Shown here: positions 13,894-27,690 of the stretch, in pieces | Numbering within the stretch: position 1 is the first letter of the stretch | Layout of the letters: the number at the start of each line of letters is the position of its first letter | NCBI GenBank assembly: GCA_965649825.1 | Contig: OZ287698.1 | Span: 75,849 to 139,848 of the forward strand | Reading direction: 5' to 3' | DNA: 64,000 nucleotides | Source of the DNA: Penicillus capitatus | Lineage: Eukaryota > Plantae > Chlorophyta | Translations under genes and position numbers: made by a program | The notes under the pieces: model-generated | Told to the model about the DNA's origin: nothing | Databases searched by the model: none | What the model saw: the letters and a program-made list of their open reading frames with translations, nothing else

Positions 13894-14635
13894 ATGACCG
13901 TCACTTTCAGATGCCATTGCTGCTTGTCGTTTCAAACTGGCGCATCGCAGAGATCGGCTACGGTCCTAAGCGTTCGTCCTTCCGTCCATCACGACGCCCT
14001 GGCGGCGGCATATCTCATGCAAGAAAGAGCCGTTACCACCTCTCTCTTTCTCAGACGCTCGAGGTTCCAGGTGTCCTGCAAGGCGAATACGGATAAGAGA
14101 GAGAAGAGAAATAGCACGGGTCGGTCTCTGTGTGGAAGATCTCATCTCCTGAGAGAGTGGTTGGCACTGCATAGGCGAAAAGACACGTCGAGCCATACTC
14201 CTAGGCGCTCTGCCGATCGGAGTGGGTGCCTGCGTCGAAGTCTTGTCACGCCCACCGATCGTCAAACCTTTCAAAACACGAAAAGAAATCCAAATTCGAA
14301 AGGAAAAAGCAGCCGTAGTGCCTCCTATGAGGTTTAGTCTCGACCAGCATCTGCTGTAGATTCTCCTTGAAAAAGCAAACGAGGCAATGGGAGTCAAAAA
14401 CTACGCACGAGCTGTTGATCTCTATACCGCCGTCATTGAATTGGCTCCTCGAAGCTATGTTCTCTGCATGAAAGCGCTTTTGGGACGAAGAGATGCCTAT
14501 CTGGAACTTGGACTTAATAGGAGATCATCGAGTGATGCCCGACGAGAATTTGGATGGGGAAGAGGAATACGTTGGCCAGGATGGTATATCATCACTGCCA
14601 TTGTTATCCGAAACGAATTCATGTGTGATGAATGA
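13894..14635 (+). CDS. Small TPR-like protein with Ser/Arg-rich, transit-peptide-like N-terminus
   Basis: ORF 13894-14337 can splice (GT after SASYE, AG ~14380) to ILLEKANEAMGVKNYARAVDLYTAVIELAP...ALLGRRDAYLELG, which has a TPR pattern. Confidence 0.45.
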
Positions 14636-14938
14636 CGAGTTCGGCCCTTTGTTTTGTTAGTGTTCTGTATAGCTTGTCGATATTCTCACCTCCTCTAAGA
14701 ACAGAGAGACGGACTTGATGTTATCTATCTTCAGACCGGGCCGCTGTTATCGTCTGTCAGATCGTTCCTTACTCTTTCCCATACAACGGCGAGGATGTGG
14801 GATTTGTTCTCGCCTCGCTGTCGCCACGCGTTGCCAACGATCTAAGTTTTTGTTCGGCACAGATCGCACCGTTGCCCCGGCGGTTACACGATAGATAATC
14901 ATGCCTGCCTAAAATGCGTCGTTTTATACGATACCTTC

Positions 14939-16001
14939 ATGACTCCTCACGCTTCTCTCCTGTCCCTGCGTGCGCGCGGTCTCGTGCGGAGATCCGAGCG
15001 ACGTCGCTTAATATGCCGAAACTCCATGGGTGTGCACTTGGACCCGCCGGAATACGACGCGTCGAAGTCTAAGATTCGTCTGGATCCACCAAAGCACGCC
15101 TATGGCCTCTCCGTTGGTCAGATGGCGGCACTAGGTCTGACAGGAGACCAAGTGCAGAAACGATTTCAAGTCGAAGCAGTAAACACAACCTCGCTCGCAT
15201 AACAGAATTCCTGACAGAGGTTTCTCATAGGATGCTCTGACAGCAAAAGCACATCTGGGAGGAGAAAGTCTGAGCGAGCACACCCGAATCGCCACGCGCA
15301 TGGCCGTAGGTCGTCCCTCCAAGAAATCTCCGCCAGATCTCCCCTCACTCATTTTGGATGGACGCATCGTCTACATCGGTCTGCCACTGGTTCCCAACGT
15401 CACAGAACTTGTGGTCTCTGAGCTCCTCTGGCTGAACTATGATCAGGCAGATCAGCCCGTCTATATCTACATCAATTCAACTGGATCTCAGACGCCCGAT
15501 GGACAAGTTGTCGGGTTTGAAACAGAGACGTTTGCCATTCTGGACACTATGGCTTACATTCGCCCCACAAAATACACCATTGCTTTGGCACAGGCCCATG
15601 GAAATGCAGCTCTGATTTTGGCCTCGGGCAAGAGGGGTCAGCGTTTTTGTATGCCCCATACGCATATCAAGCTCCAGGCACCGATCATGAATCAGTCGTA
15701 CGATGTCTCGACCAATGCAACGATCAAAGCAAACGAGCTGCAGTCGTGCACCGACACATACATCGAAATGTTAAGTGAGTTCACTGGACGGGATCCGGAG
15801 ACAGTGAGAAAGGAGAGTGCCAGAGATAAGTATTACACGCCCGAAGCTGCCATTGAATACGGTCTGATCGACAAGGTCATCAAAACCCAAGACACCGTGA
15901 TGTTGGAGAGGGACTACGATCAGATGTTGGCCGAAAACCAGATAGCGCAAAGCCGTGCAGCAGGACGTGGTGGTGACGAGCCCTCCACAGGTTCTGAGTA
16001 A
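14939..16001 (+). CDS. CLPR1: Plastid Clp protease non-catalytic subunit ClpR1-like, 2 exons
   Basis: PPDLPSLILDGRIVYIGLPLVPNVTELVVSELLWLNY..YINSTG..ETETFAILDT. The catalytic Ser position is not conserved. Transit-like N-terminus. Confidence 0.85.
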
Positions 16002-16005
16002 ACCG

Positions 16006-16666
16006 TCAGTCCTCGTCGAACGTGGCAGTCGTTTCAACGAGATCTCTCATAAGAGTGAGATTGTCTTTTTCTATATCAGCCACTGTAACTCTCTTGCAAT
16101 TCTCCCATTCAAAATCTTCCTCGCAGTACGCAGACCGCACTTCCATAACGCGAACAGCTAGACCAACCAATGCAGCTTGATGGATCAGCTTGCAGATAAC
16201 GAAGGCGACCATACCGATGAGCTTATCTTTTTGGGCCAACTGCCTCAGCCATGCATTGCAGTCCATTTTGGACAGATCGCCAATGCAATCCTGCAGAGCT
16301 GCAAATCCTTTCGTATTGTAGCTTGCAAGGCTGCCACGTCCTGAACCCTCCAGCTGAGCCATGATGGCCCTTGAAAAGTGAACCGATAGCACAGTGTTGC
16401 GAAGAATCGTCGTCTGGCATTGGATCGGTCTTACCTGGCCGCACAGAATGTGAATAGCTTTTTCAAAGCCTGTCCTGCTTTCTTCTCGGGGCTGATGCCT
16501 CCAAAACTGTTAAAAAGATAAACATTGCGTGATGAGTCTGTGTAGGTACGTGCCTTTCGGAAGGGACATAGAGATCGCTCGTTGTTACACGTCTTGTCCG
16601 ACCGAGGGGACGTTTTGACAGGCACCTGAGATGCAGCGAATCCGATCGCACACCGCTGCTAAACAT
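16006..16666 (-). CDS. RBCX: RbcX-II Rubisco assembly chaperone, multi-exon
   Basis: LYVPSE/SFGGISPEKKAGQALKKLFTFCAAR/AQLEG...LAVRVMEVRSAYCEEDFEWENCKR...NLTLMR is the eukaryotic RbcX-II signature. Transit-like N-terminus MFSSGVRS. Confidence 0.85.
16084..16088 (+). terminator. Putative chlorophyte-type poly(A) signal TGTAA for CLPR1, lying inside the antisense RBCX CDS
   Basis: TGTAA 82 nt after the ClpR1 stop. TGTAA also follows several other + genes (~3603, ~29675, ~34686, ~51507, ~54858). Confidence 0.45.
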
Positions 16667-17600
16667 CGCGACAGTCCTTGGCAACAAACCGTTCCAGTGA
16701 CAAGACGTCTCTATCTGTTGTGACGCTATCGCACTATTGCGTAAGCAAAGCACTCGATCGTGAAGCATGGAGAACGCTCCAATGTGTGATGGCGATGTTT
16801 TGAAGAAGGCGAAGAAATGTGACGAATTAAACACGTCCTCTTTGATTTCTAAGTCTTTGGCAGCATTCGAAGAATTAAGATGTCTTTCGTTTACAGATCG
16901 CATTCCACTGAACATGGGGGCACACTAGCTGCTTCAGAAAGTGATGGCTGCATTGGACGCCCGTCTCACATGTGTCAGGAAGACGACGGGTCACCTTGAC
17001 GCGCATCTGAATCTGATCAACAGACCATGATTTGCGAGTGATGTCTCTAGCGCTATGGGAATCTCACAGTACGTTGTGAGTGGACGATACCGACAAGACA
17101 AGGAACGTGCCGTGGTCTTCGATTCACAATTGCCGCAGCCTGTACCGATCTGTGAAATCTGCAGTTCAAGAAAAGGCTCTGTTTACGCGTCGCGCCTCCG
17201 AATCTGTCAGCGGCACACATGTCTGGGCCTCCTTTTCCGTAAGTTCGCTCCGACGGTGATGACAACTGCAGACACAAAGCGTCACGTGCCTTTGTCAAAG
17301 ATATCTTGACGGCAGCACTTATGAGAGGACATCTCCGGATTTTCGCACGCCTGTGCATTTACCCATGGCAGACTATACGTCAATCCCCAATACGGATTCA
17401 TTCTTAGACCGATCGCCAAGGTAGTCAAATCGTCCGCCGTCGTTTCGCGTCGATAAAGAGACAAGGTGGAGGACAAACGTTAAAGTGCTGGCTGACAGCT
17501 GACCGCGCCTGCCAGATAGATGACGTTTCGTTTGCATCCACCTCGTTTGCAACACCACCCCTGCATCTGTCGATTGTCTTATCGTCGCAGGAGAGTCGTT

Positions 17601-18492
17601 ATGGAAGCGCAGACTCCGCGGAAGCAACGTGAAAGGAGAGTCGAGTTCTGTAATGGCCGAGGGGAAAAACTCGTCGGGACGCTAGTTGAGGCACCGACGG
17701 CGAAAACCGTTGTTCTGTGCCATGGATACAGTGATAACAGAGACACAGCGATACTCCAAGCACTTGCCGAACGGATCGATGAGATCCCGCTGTCTTCTTT
17801 TCGCTTTGATTTTTCTGGAAATGGAGAGAGTGAAGGGACATTTGAATATGGGAACTACTGGGAAGAAGTGGAAGACATTCGCAGCGCTGTCAAATACTTA
17901 AGAACTGAGAACCGGGAGATTTATGCACTGATCGGTCAGTCGCCACAGTTTTTTGACACTCGAGATGGTGATGACGTGGCATCTTACAGGACACAGCAAG
18001 GCAGGAGGTGATGTGTTGCTCTATGCGTCTCGGTACGACGATGTTCCTGTAATTATCAACATCAGCGGAAGATTTCATATGAAGAAAGGGATTGAGGAGA
18101 GATTCGGATCAGATATTTTTGATCGACTGGAACGTGAAGGTCAGGTGGAGGTGCCCCGAAAACTTCCTAATCGTGAAATGAGTTCCTTCATGCTTACTAA
18201 GAAAGTGAGATTACGAAGAGTTCGTTAAAATGTGCGAGTAACGAGAATGTGTCAGTCAATGGATAGTCGTTTGAATTTGGACATGGGAAGTGCCGTGAAG
18301 AAGATAACGAAGAGCCGTGTCCTGACGGTTCATGGAAAAGCGGACGTCACCATTTCCGTGGAAGATGCTAAAGATTTTGCATCATGTATTGCGCAACATG
18401 AGTTGGCGGTAATCGACGAAGCGGATCATAACTTTACGCAACAGAAGCATCTCCAGGCTCTTGTGGAAAAGAGCATTGCATTCCTTCTCTGA
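17601..18492 (+). CDS. Alpha/beta hydrolase (esterase/lipase fold), 3 exons
   Basis: VVLCHGY, FRFDFSGNGESEG, nucleophile elbow G/HSKAG, VLTVHGKAD and IDEADHNF (Ser-Asp-His triad). Confidence 0.85.
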
Positions 18493-20401
18493 TCGCATCA
18501 CAGGCACATATCAATCAATGTACGACGGTTAACATGACTGTCGACAGATCATGCAGATCAATCAGTAAAGTGAATACACGATTTCAATGAATGTGTATCA
18601 TTGTCACCGCGGAAGTGCCGCGCCAAACGATAACAGCGGAAGACTTGTTACAGTGTTCGGAGAAGGTGAGATAAGGTTCAAACTGTTCGTTATATACTCG
18701 CATGGTGACGTAACCCTTCTAGAATGGTGAGTCAGCTCGTGTTCAGGGCCAGAGAAAGACATCCCAAGACGCAGTTGACAAAACAGGCAGCGCCCCTGCG
18801 CACGGCTGACCCCCACAGAACAAGGCAGTGTCACATCGCTCGGCGACAATCATACTTGGTGATGGACTGAAGCGACGGCATTAGGAGACGAGTCTGTGGA
18901 ATCGAAAAAAACAACTAATTTAATCCGCGTTCGTTTTTTGCTGCCTCGAGACGCGCATGAGCTCCGATGGCGACCGAACCACTGCGCTCCGCGCATGACA
19001 GTCTGGTTTCGGAGTTAGGCTAGGTTTTCTGGTCTTGGTGCTCGTGCAAGGGCAGTTGCGGTTCAAATGCGCTCTGGGGCCGAATCGCGGCCACACAAAC
19101 CAACATCCATGGAAGCGTCTGCAGAAGATGCGTTGTCCGAATCGGAGCCGTAAGCACAGTCATGGTGGGTGGGCTTGGCTCTGGACGCTCATCTTTCGAG
19201 CCAAACTGCCGCCAGTGTTGGTACCCGAGCCGAATGAACATCGCGAAGCCTGTGACGGCGCGTTCGTCTGCGCGACAGCCGTCCTTGAGGAAGCCGGAGA
19301 GTTGGCCGTCTTTGTCGTAAGTCAATTTGGCCGACTACTCTGGTCACCGCTCGTCTTCACGGAGGGTTTCGTCGCCGCAGCTGTTGACCTCGTCCAAAGC
19401 CTCCGCGAAGTGGAAACGGTGGCCCTAGTAGCGTGCTGTGGTTCGCGGGGGACGAACGTCGTCCCATGGGGTTTGCTGCGCCTAGTGACAGTGCAGTATA
19501 TGCAGTAGTCACGTCGCCAGACGCAGCCATCGGAACGGTTGAGTCGACGCGTAACCACCGTGGCGCGCTGGCCATTGGTCGCGACGAATGTTCGCCTCCG
19601 ACCTGCCTTTCCAATAATGGTCGGACGATGGTTGCCGAGCATGGGCCGAAGATCCCAGCCGTTAGACATAAGGTTAAGGAACTGTTAGCATTGCCTATAA
19701 TTTCGCGTAGGCACGTTTCAAAACAGATAAACGAGGCGAGGACAAACCCTTACAATGGTCTGGAAACTTCGAGGTTCAACAACGACGATCGAATGGTATG
19801 TTCCAACGCATCAACTTTAAGCTAATCCTGAATTCGAAGGTTCGGGACGCTTCCGGCCCCATCGATCTTATCTGTCTTATCTTACGCCGCTCACAAGAAC
19901 CCACAAACCATTTTGAGTATTTATCGAGAACAGTTGCTGCAAGATAGTTCTCGAGTTCTTGTTGGTACAACTGAGTGCGTCGTAATCGTCGCCGGCGTGT
20001 GCCGTATCGACTCTAAGTTTCTGAAAAAGTTTACACGATCCCAAAAGTCCCCGTATTCTGTGGGCTGAGCGATTGCGATAAAACTCTCACGCCTGCCAGT
20101 CGTTCAGCTATTTTGATACCTTTGGTCGCGGATCCTGTCTTTTTCCGTACCGTCGACAACTGAAACGCAGCGATTGGTGCAGCAGGAACGCCGAATAGAA
20201 TCGCGGATCGCCGAGCCAGAGTGTCGACGAAGGCGGCATTAGGAAGCGCTGCTCGTAGAGACGACGCCGACTACATCGGCTGCGTATACCTCTCCCATGG
20301 GCAAAAACGGATGACGTGTTGGTAATGCGATACGCCAAATCACTTGCAAACTGGTTGTCCGCCAAGACCGAAGAAGCCAAATTTCTCGAATCTTCAACAA
20401 T

Positions 20402-22891
20402 CTACGTGTCACATTTTTTGTTGAGAATTTCGAAAATCTCTTGTTGCCATTCGAGTTTCAAACGATTGCTGTCATCAATGCGCTGCAAAACATCCGGATG
20501 ATCTTTTTGAAACGTGAAAAGAACATCAGATAGATAGGAGCTAATCTCATTTTTCGACATCTTCTTTGCCTGTTCCGTTCGCAACGCCAACAGGGTTACC
20601 GCCTTAAGCAAAATCCACGTGTTTAAGAAAGAAAGACAAGAAAGGAGTCACCTGATGAGACAAAGGAAAGAGAATCGTGCTCTTTTGGACGAGCGCTTGT
20701 TTCATGACTTCGATTCTCAAGTTCCAACTTTCAGAAACCGCATTCTCCGCCGACGATCCAAACTGAAAAGCTGCCATCCGTCATCGTTTACCAAATCACT
20801 GCTACATAAATAGAATCATGGTTACCGTCGGCTGCTTGTGCCAATTCCAAACGAATGGTGGGCGCCAAGTCTTCCAAAGCCGGAGGATATGCACGGGCTC
20901 CAATCCGAGAAACACTCTGCAATGGGTCCACAGACACACCGTCCTCTTCAATCTCCTTAATCACGATCTAATGCAGGAGACGAATTCATTCAAAATAGTG
21001 TTTCCTGGAGAAAAAGAATATCAACCTGACCATCCGAAATCGACATGAATTCCTCGACAATAAAAGTCGGCAAAGAACTTGTATCTGAACTGCTGACTTC
21101 ATCAGATGAGTCTCTTGGACGCAGTTTCTCTTTGAGCTTCGTTTTGAGTGTTTCCGACAACTTTGGATCTTTTTCGATAGCGTCGAGTTTGGTCTGGACT
21201 TCCTGGTAATGCTGTTGCTGTCCAGAAGCTGCCGAACCATTGACGACGGGGACAAGCGTCATGGAACCGGCCCCCATAGATAGGGAAGCCTTGGAAGCCC
21301 GTTGAAGAACAGAGGAAAAGAACCTGCAAAAAGGACAGCGACAAAACACATTCCATTCTCAGTGCAATCAGTGTCAATGCCACACACCTTCGTCGCTCTG
21401 CTGTTTCAGAGGCCATGAGTGTCCCATCGATATCCACTAGATTCTCTTTCCCCTCTCCTTTCTCATTCCTGTCACATTATCCACGAATCTGACCAGCTCA
21501 CAAATGCACGGAGCGAATGGTGTGTACGATGTCCGTCGAACATCGGCAACGAGTTCTTGCATCAGGTTCCAGACATCGATCAGTGGTTGGAGGCTGTCGA
21601 CGATGACCAAGGCGTCTCCTCCTCCTTCATTCCGAATGCTTTCTGCAAGACACTGATGATGTTCTCGAATGAAATTCCTGAGAGATACATGCCGCCAAAT
21701 GCAAGTGCTGCACACAGGGAAGCGAATTGTTCTCCGAGCGATTCCTCGTCCGATGCCGCCACAAAGACTGTCTCTTTTACACCTTCCAACTCTCGAAACC
21801 GTGACAGAATGGCATTCTGTTCCTCATTCGACTTTCCAACGCAGGCATAGACGCGAGACACAGAGGTCGATGTCTGAGCAGCGAGCATGTGTTCGGCCAA
21901 TCTGGACAGCTCCTGACGGTTCTCTGAGATCAACAAAATGCATTGTCCTCGACCAATGGGCGTCAAGATGTCGATTCCCTAAACAAAAAGAACAAACACA
22001 CCTTCGTTGAGACGCAGAACGCAACATTGTTCTCAGACCCTCCAACCTTGTGCTGCATCGAGAGAGGCTGAAAAATGCGTTGCCGATCTGAAATATCTAA
22101 CTGCTTGTTGAGCAGTGGTATCGATTTCTCTCGTGGCTCGATGTGAACAAGCGTAGATAGAACATTTCCCAGAACCTCTCCCTTCATCCTGTGCTGCTCC
22201 GTGGCAATTTTTAAGAATTCGTAGCTCCGCCATCCATCTCTCTCTTCTGTCTGATACAAGCAGACGGGTGTGAGCGATCACAGACTGCAGTGGCAGTGAC
22301 CTCGAAGATCTCGCCGCATAGACAACGGACGGTATCATCTGGAGCAGGAAAGTTGACATCTGCCACCAATGCGAAGCAAACATCTGTTGTGTGTCGCCAC
22401 AAAAGAATGCTAGAAGACGTTTCTCTGGATATACTGCCGACACATTAGAGTCCTACCCGCGTTGTCCGTTCTGGAATGCAAGTTCTGTTCCCATTGGGGC
22501 CTCGGTCGAAATACCCTCAATCATGGCAATACCTTCTCGGACACCCAACACCTGTTCCACTGAAAAAGAATAGATGATTCCGAAGCTGCAAAGACGAACA
22601 GACTTTCCCAGAATCGAGAAAGGCCTCTTCCGCCGCTTCGCCCTTCTCTGTCACAGCAGACCCATCCATGTCGTTCTCAACCTCCAGTCCATCTCGAGAG
22701 GCATTGTCGGAGCCAAAGATAGAGATTGGCAATTTCTCATGAAATGCATCGGAAGAAGAGGACGCTGCAGTACACAAAGATCCCAAACGCGTCTTTCTGG
22801 CGGGTGTCTTCGAGAGGAGAACATTTTGCGATCTCCGAGACGATCGTTCTGAGAACGGTGGAAAGAGGAAGCGTCGAGTAAGGAGGGCCAT
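20402..22891 (-). CDS. Nuclear-encoded divergent ATP synthase F1 alpha-like protein with degenerate P-loop and N-terminal targeting-like extension, multi-exon
   Basis: Colinear with AtpA: VLGVREGIAMIEGI, GIDILTPIGRGQ, GDALVIVD, EFMSISDGQV, SVSRIGARAY, IRLELAQ and a helical C-terminus ending ...EILNKKCDT. GDRQTGKT is replaced by SENRQELS. Confidence 0.75.
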
Positions 22892-24508
22892 GATGACGAC
22901 GATACAGGGGGCACGTCACATCACCCTTACCTCAAGGCATCTTCACGGCGCGTGTCCATTTGGCCGAAGAGCACAAATTGTGTTTGCGTTACGAGTGTGC
23001 GTACGTGCAACGTCGTTTCTTCCTTCGACGCTCGTTTCACCAACCTCGCGGCGACCTATTCGTTTTATGGACGTATGGCTCAGAGCGTCCACCGCCACAA
23101 CAGCATAGAGCGCAGCGACAGCAGCCATTTCATCACCGAAGTACGTACACCATCGCAACTTCCAGGCAGCTTCCATCCCATTCATTCCGCAGCTCATCTT
23201 CGAAGATCCGGAAGCGACTAGTGTCCAAAACGTCAAGCATTCGCTCTCCGAAAAAGAAGGCCAGTTGCCAGTTCTGCCATGTTCTGTACTGAAGTCTCTT
23301 CTAGGCATTCCGAGTCGACAGAGGCGTCTGACATTTCCCTTTTCTCCGTCCAAGTCTGCCGAAGCAGCTCGCTATAACTCCTTCTCCGATCAGATACGGA
23401 ACGAACTGCACCTCTGGCAGGTACGATGGCGACGGACCGTATTTCGCGGATGACGCGACAACGTTGTTCGTGGTATTTGTTCGCGGCGACGGTTTCCGTC
23501 TTTAAAGTCGTTCAATTTGAACTCGCTTCGTTTTCGCGTTTTAAAGACTTCGAAGCGTTTTGCGTCTTTTCAAGCCAACACACACATAACGTAATGCTCA
23601 CCCTCCCTTTCCGTCCCATCTGTTCCGCGTCGTTCTTTGCATTTGTTCTCTCTCGTGGACGCACTCGTGTTGATACGGATCGCCTGTTTTGCGTTTAGGC
23701 TATTGTTTACACCAACGGCAAAGCACTCGGTCGCCTAGTTCAGCCCAGCTTCACGTTCAGTACGCCGCAGGAATCCATTCAAAGCTACGAATTTACGTTC
23801 GACACATTCTATTACGCAAAGAAGGTGCCCGGACAAAGCAGTGATTCGACAGCTCTGTGCTTTCCTATCGACACGACATTCGTCACTTCTGACTACACGT
23901 GAGCGTTAGCCTTTCGAGGCTGTTCGGGACCGCGTCTCATGGTTGGTTTGTGTGTGCGTTGTGGAAACAGGATCCAGCTGTTTGGTCGTTGTGGTTCTGC
24001 GTCATTCGCTCTGCCATTTCGTTATCGCGTTTCGGGACGAGAGGCGGCGACGAAAGTGTCATTGCAGCAACAGAAGCGAGAATACATTGAGAAACACGAA
24101 AAAGTGCGAAGAAAGAAAGAAAACAAAGACGCGCCGGTGATTCCGGTTCAGGACATCGCTATTTCTTGTGGTATGTTGTGCCTTGCCGAGGGAGTGTGAG
24201 TCATAGAAGTGTAACTTGTGTGACCACCAGGTTCTGGCTTTGAGTCGTGCCTTGCTGTCTTTAGTATCAGGGAATCTCCTGCAACGTTGATATCACTCGT
24301 GCTATCATTCATTGTCCTCACACCGCCAGCGCCACCGAAAGGCGATCTTCACGAGAAGCCCAGTTCGGAAAACAAAGAGGACATGGAGGCTGTTCTGCAT
24401 AGCAGTGCTGCAAACGCAACAGATCCAAAAACAAAAGACTTCAATCACACTTGCAAGGAAAACTCAATGGGTCGATCTGCTGCCTCTGTGTCTGCATGGT
24501 GATGCGAC

Positions 24509-26723
24509 GTGCGAGTGCTCACTGTAGGGAAAGTGAATGTCAATAGGGGAAAGAAGCCGAAGAAGAAGACCAAGAAAGTGATCAAGAACGGTCCAGGGGG
24601 TGGCGGCGGCAGTTACGACCGGATAGGTTCCATTCCACACAGTCACGACTATACAGCTGTCCCGTCGAATCGAATGCCATCGAATCGTGCGGTTTCCGAG
24701 AGTCTACCCGAGCAGAGTCATCAAATGAATGTTGTCGACAAGATCTTGCAGAGCATTACTATGAGAGGCGTGTCAGGCTCTGCGACCACTGCTGTAGATG
24801 TCTTCGAGAAGCAATCCGTGGATTCCCCACGTCTGCCAGATGGAGAGACATCTCGCGACTTGTCGAGCCCAGAGCATGGCGGACATCTGTCTCCCACGAG
24901 GACGGAGTCTGAAAGTGGGGGCCCACCGGATCGAGACACTCGGAGAACGGGAGATGATATGAAGAAGCAGAAGGATCTGACTTTTGCTTTCAATGACTTT
25001 GAAGTGGAAGACGTCTACATTCGACGCAATAGATCTGTGGGCTCTTTAGTGCGATCGGGCTCTGGCGTACTGCCTGCCTCATCTGGTGCGGATGCAATGG
25101 CGGCAACACCTTCTGCTGCTCCGCCATCGATGCAGACAACAGAGCACTTGACGCCAAACAAGCCAGCTGAAAAGCAGGGATGGAGGTGTGCACCCCGTAT
25201 ACCGTCTTCCCCAGCCACATCCCCGCATCGACTCAATTTTCGATCAGCTAGTGGACTCTTGCAATCGAATGGAGATGGCAGGAACGCGGTCGAAGACACA
25301 AGTGCTGTCATGCCACCAACCAATGGACAGACACGTTTCGCAAGCGCCATCTATCCAAGTGCAACTGCAGGTGATCTGGTGGAGCATCACCCGCCAGGCA
25401 GTGATATTGAGCAAGGGCATCAACAACGTGCTGCATTCCAAGCTTTGTTGCAAATGGGACCAACGCATCAGCCAATGACAAATCTGACGCATCAAATGGC
25501 TGCACATGCTGTCCATCAGACAAACATGGGCAGTCTACAGATGCCTGTGGTGGGCCATCCACCACCAGCTATGCCCCATCTCTTTGCTATGACACCACCT
25601 CAACAGGTGCTACAAGGGCACCATCTCGCTCTTGGCAGTGTTCCAAGTCTGGCGTCGCTATATGGGTTACATTTGGGAGCTCTGTTGTCGCAAGATGCTC
25701 AATTGAGAGGCGTCGCACCAGATCCGATGCGCAGAGAGGAATTCAGAAAGCATAAAGATGATATCCATGAGAATACCGCATGCTTCTATATGAAACCGAC
25801 AAATGACTTGGATAGATTTCTAACAGAGGTCACCCCTATGCTGCAACTGGATCCGACCCTCGAACCACAGAAGGCTCTCGATCAACTCGCACTGGTGCGT
25901 CCGTTCCATGCATCCGTCCCTAAGAGTGACGGACGATATCACACTTTTGTGCTGCAGGAAGATGTGTGGAAGTTCTACTATGATTGTAGTATGCTAGGAA
26001 AAGAGATTCCATTGCATGGCAGCGCCGCTGGAAAAGAGAATCACTGTGGACCCTGTACAGCACACTATCTCCCTTATCTGTCTGGGATCCAGATCTTCAC
26101 TCCCGAAGATATTCCACACGTCAGGGACAATATCTTCTTGTGTGACGTGGATGGTTGGCCATCCTTCATGCGCATGCAATACGAACAAGTCATCCACAGC
26201 ATCTCTGTTTGTGTCCCCTGGCTGACAATGTGGTTTCCAGTTTGAAGTGAATCCGCCTTGGTTCCGTCTGCCACTCTATGACATGATGGATGAACTGTCG
26301 ACACACGTTCCGGAACTGAAAGAGCTCAAGCTCAAAGATCTGCATCCAGCATCGTGGTTCTGTGTTGCCTGGTAAGAGACAACTGTTGACAGGATGCCTG
26401 CATATGGATGCCTCTTCTGTTTTGTTAGGTACCCTCTATACAGAATACCTGATGCGCCGCTGGGAACGCGTTTTCTCACATTTCACAATTTTCATCCGAT
26501 GCTGCATTCGGCCACTGCAGTCGGGCAGGGTGGAAAGGTTCCTTTGGCAGTCTATGGACTGGAATGGTATAACATGCTGGATGAGCTGTGGTTAGACAAC
26601 ATTAAAGTAGCCAAGACGATTCGATCACCCTCACCCTCTAAACCTAATGACAATGGACGATATGAAGGTGGTCACTCTTTTCCTCTCACACATCGTGCAT
26701 CCATGAGCTGTCGAGTGTCATAG
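24509..26723 (+). CDS. DUF789 family protein with long low-complexity N-terminus (start may lie upstream, ~23.9-24.4 kb)
   Basis: DLDRFLTEVTP, VWKFYYDCSMLGKEIPL, HYLPYLSGIQIF, DLHPASWFCVAW/YPLYRIP, FLTFH and LAVYGLEWY. Confidence 0.75.
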
Positions 26724-27690
26724 GTGTGAGTGGGGCCGAAGTATATTCCCCAGAACAGCAGCACTGGATGTTGCGTATTAAGGAGCTGCGTCAAACAGCC
26801 AAGACCTTTGCACGTGGGCTGACTTTCAGGCGATCGACGCCACATGGAATTGCAGATGCAAATACACATCATCATGATTTCGAATATTTCTATGAAAGAA
26901 ACTGACGACCTTCATTCAAGTAGTTTGCTGCTTAGGAGGACGACGACCACCACTTCCACCACCACCATTGCTCTGCCACCACCGCTACCACCATAGATTC
27001 TCCTTCTATCTCTCTCTGCTGTCGATCCTGTTCGTGCGAAACTGAAAAAATCAATAAAAACACGCCTATCACTTTGGACAGATATATAAAAAATAGATGC
27101 TGCATTCTCGTTTTATTCGATTTTTATAGCGAAGGTGAGAAAGCTTGTGCAGTCAGTCCCTTGTCTAGCTAATGCACGATGATCGTTTGTTTGTTCGTTT
27201 GTTTGTCCACCGAAGGATGTGTATGGGGAATGTACAACTACCACAAGAGACACAGATCTGATGTGATGGATGTGCATCTTTGCTTGTTTGATGGTTTCGT
27301 GTAGACACTCCTACTGCTTTTGATTCATTCAGACTAAAGTGGCGTTCTCTGATTATCGAATGAAAAGAGAAAATCTGTACTTGGATACTATTTAAACAAG
27401 AAAAACAAACAAAATGAAAAAACGGCGATGAGCAACGACGGAGACAATAAAATGCTTTACAAGCATGCTTGTATGCACGCACAAACATACAAGATCAATG
27501 ATGTCCTCTTGCTTATTGCTGAGTGTTTGGCTCATCAGTCATCGACGTGGCGAATCGCCGCCAGGCAGCCGATGCTGGTGTATTGCAAATGAGCGGGTGG
27601 ATAGGTGTTATTGACTGAGCATTGGAGTCGCTGCGGCGGCGCTCAGTTCTAACGGAAGCGGCGCAAGTGGCCTCTGACAAGGGAGCGTCT

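Noticed and set aside
18500-20350. CpG-rich tract with several overlapping short ORFs (weak CxxC and protease-like hints)
   Set aside because: No recognisable domain, TIR, LTR or consistent exon chain. It may be a decayed transposon but cannot be supported.
22900-23900. Overlapping short ORFs between the F1-alpha-like gene and DUF789
   Set aside because: Most likely divergent promoter or UTR sequence, with no motif.
26940-27480. (ACC)n tract and AT-rich gttt/aaac microsatellite-like stretch
   Set aside because: Simple low-complexity intergenic sequence with no sustained ORF.
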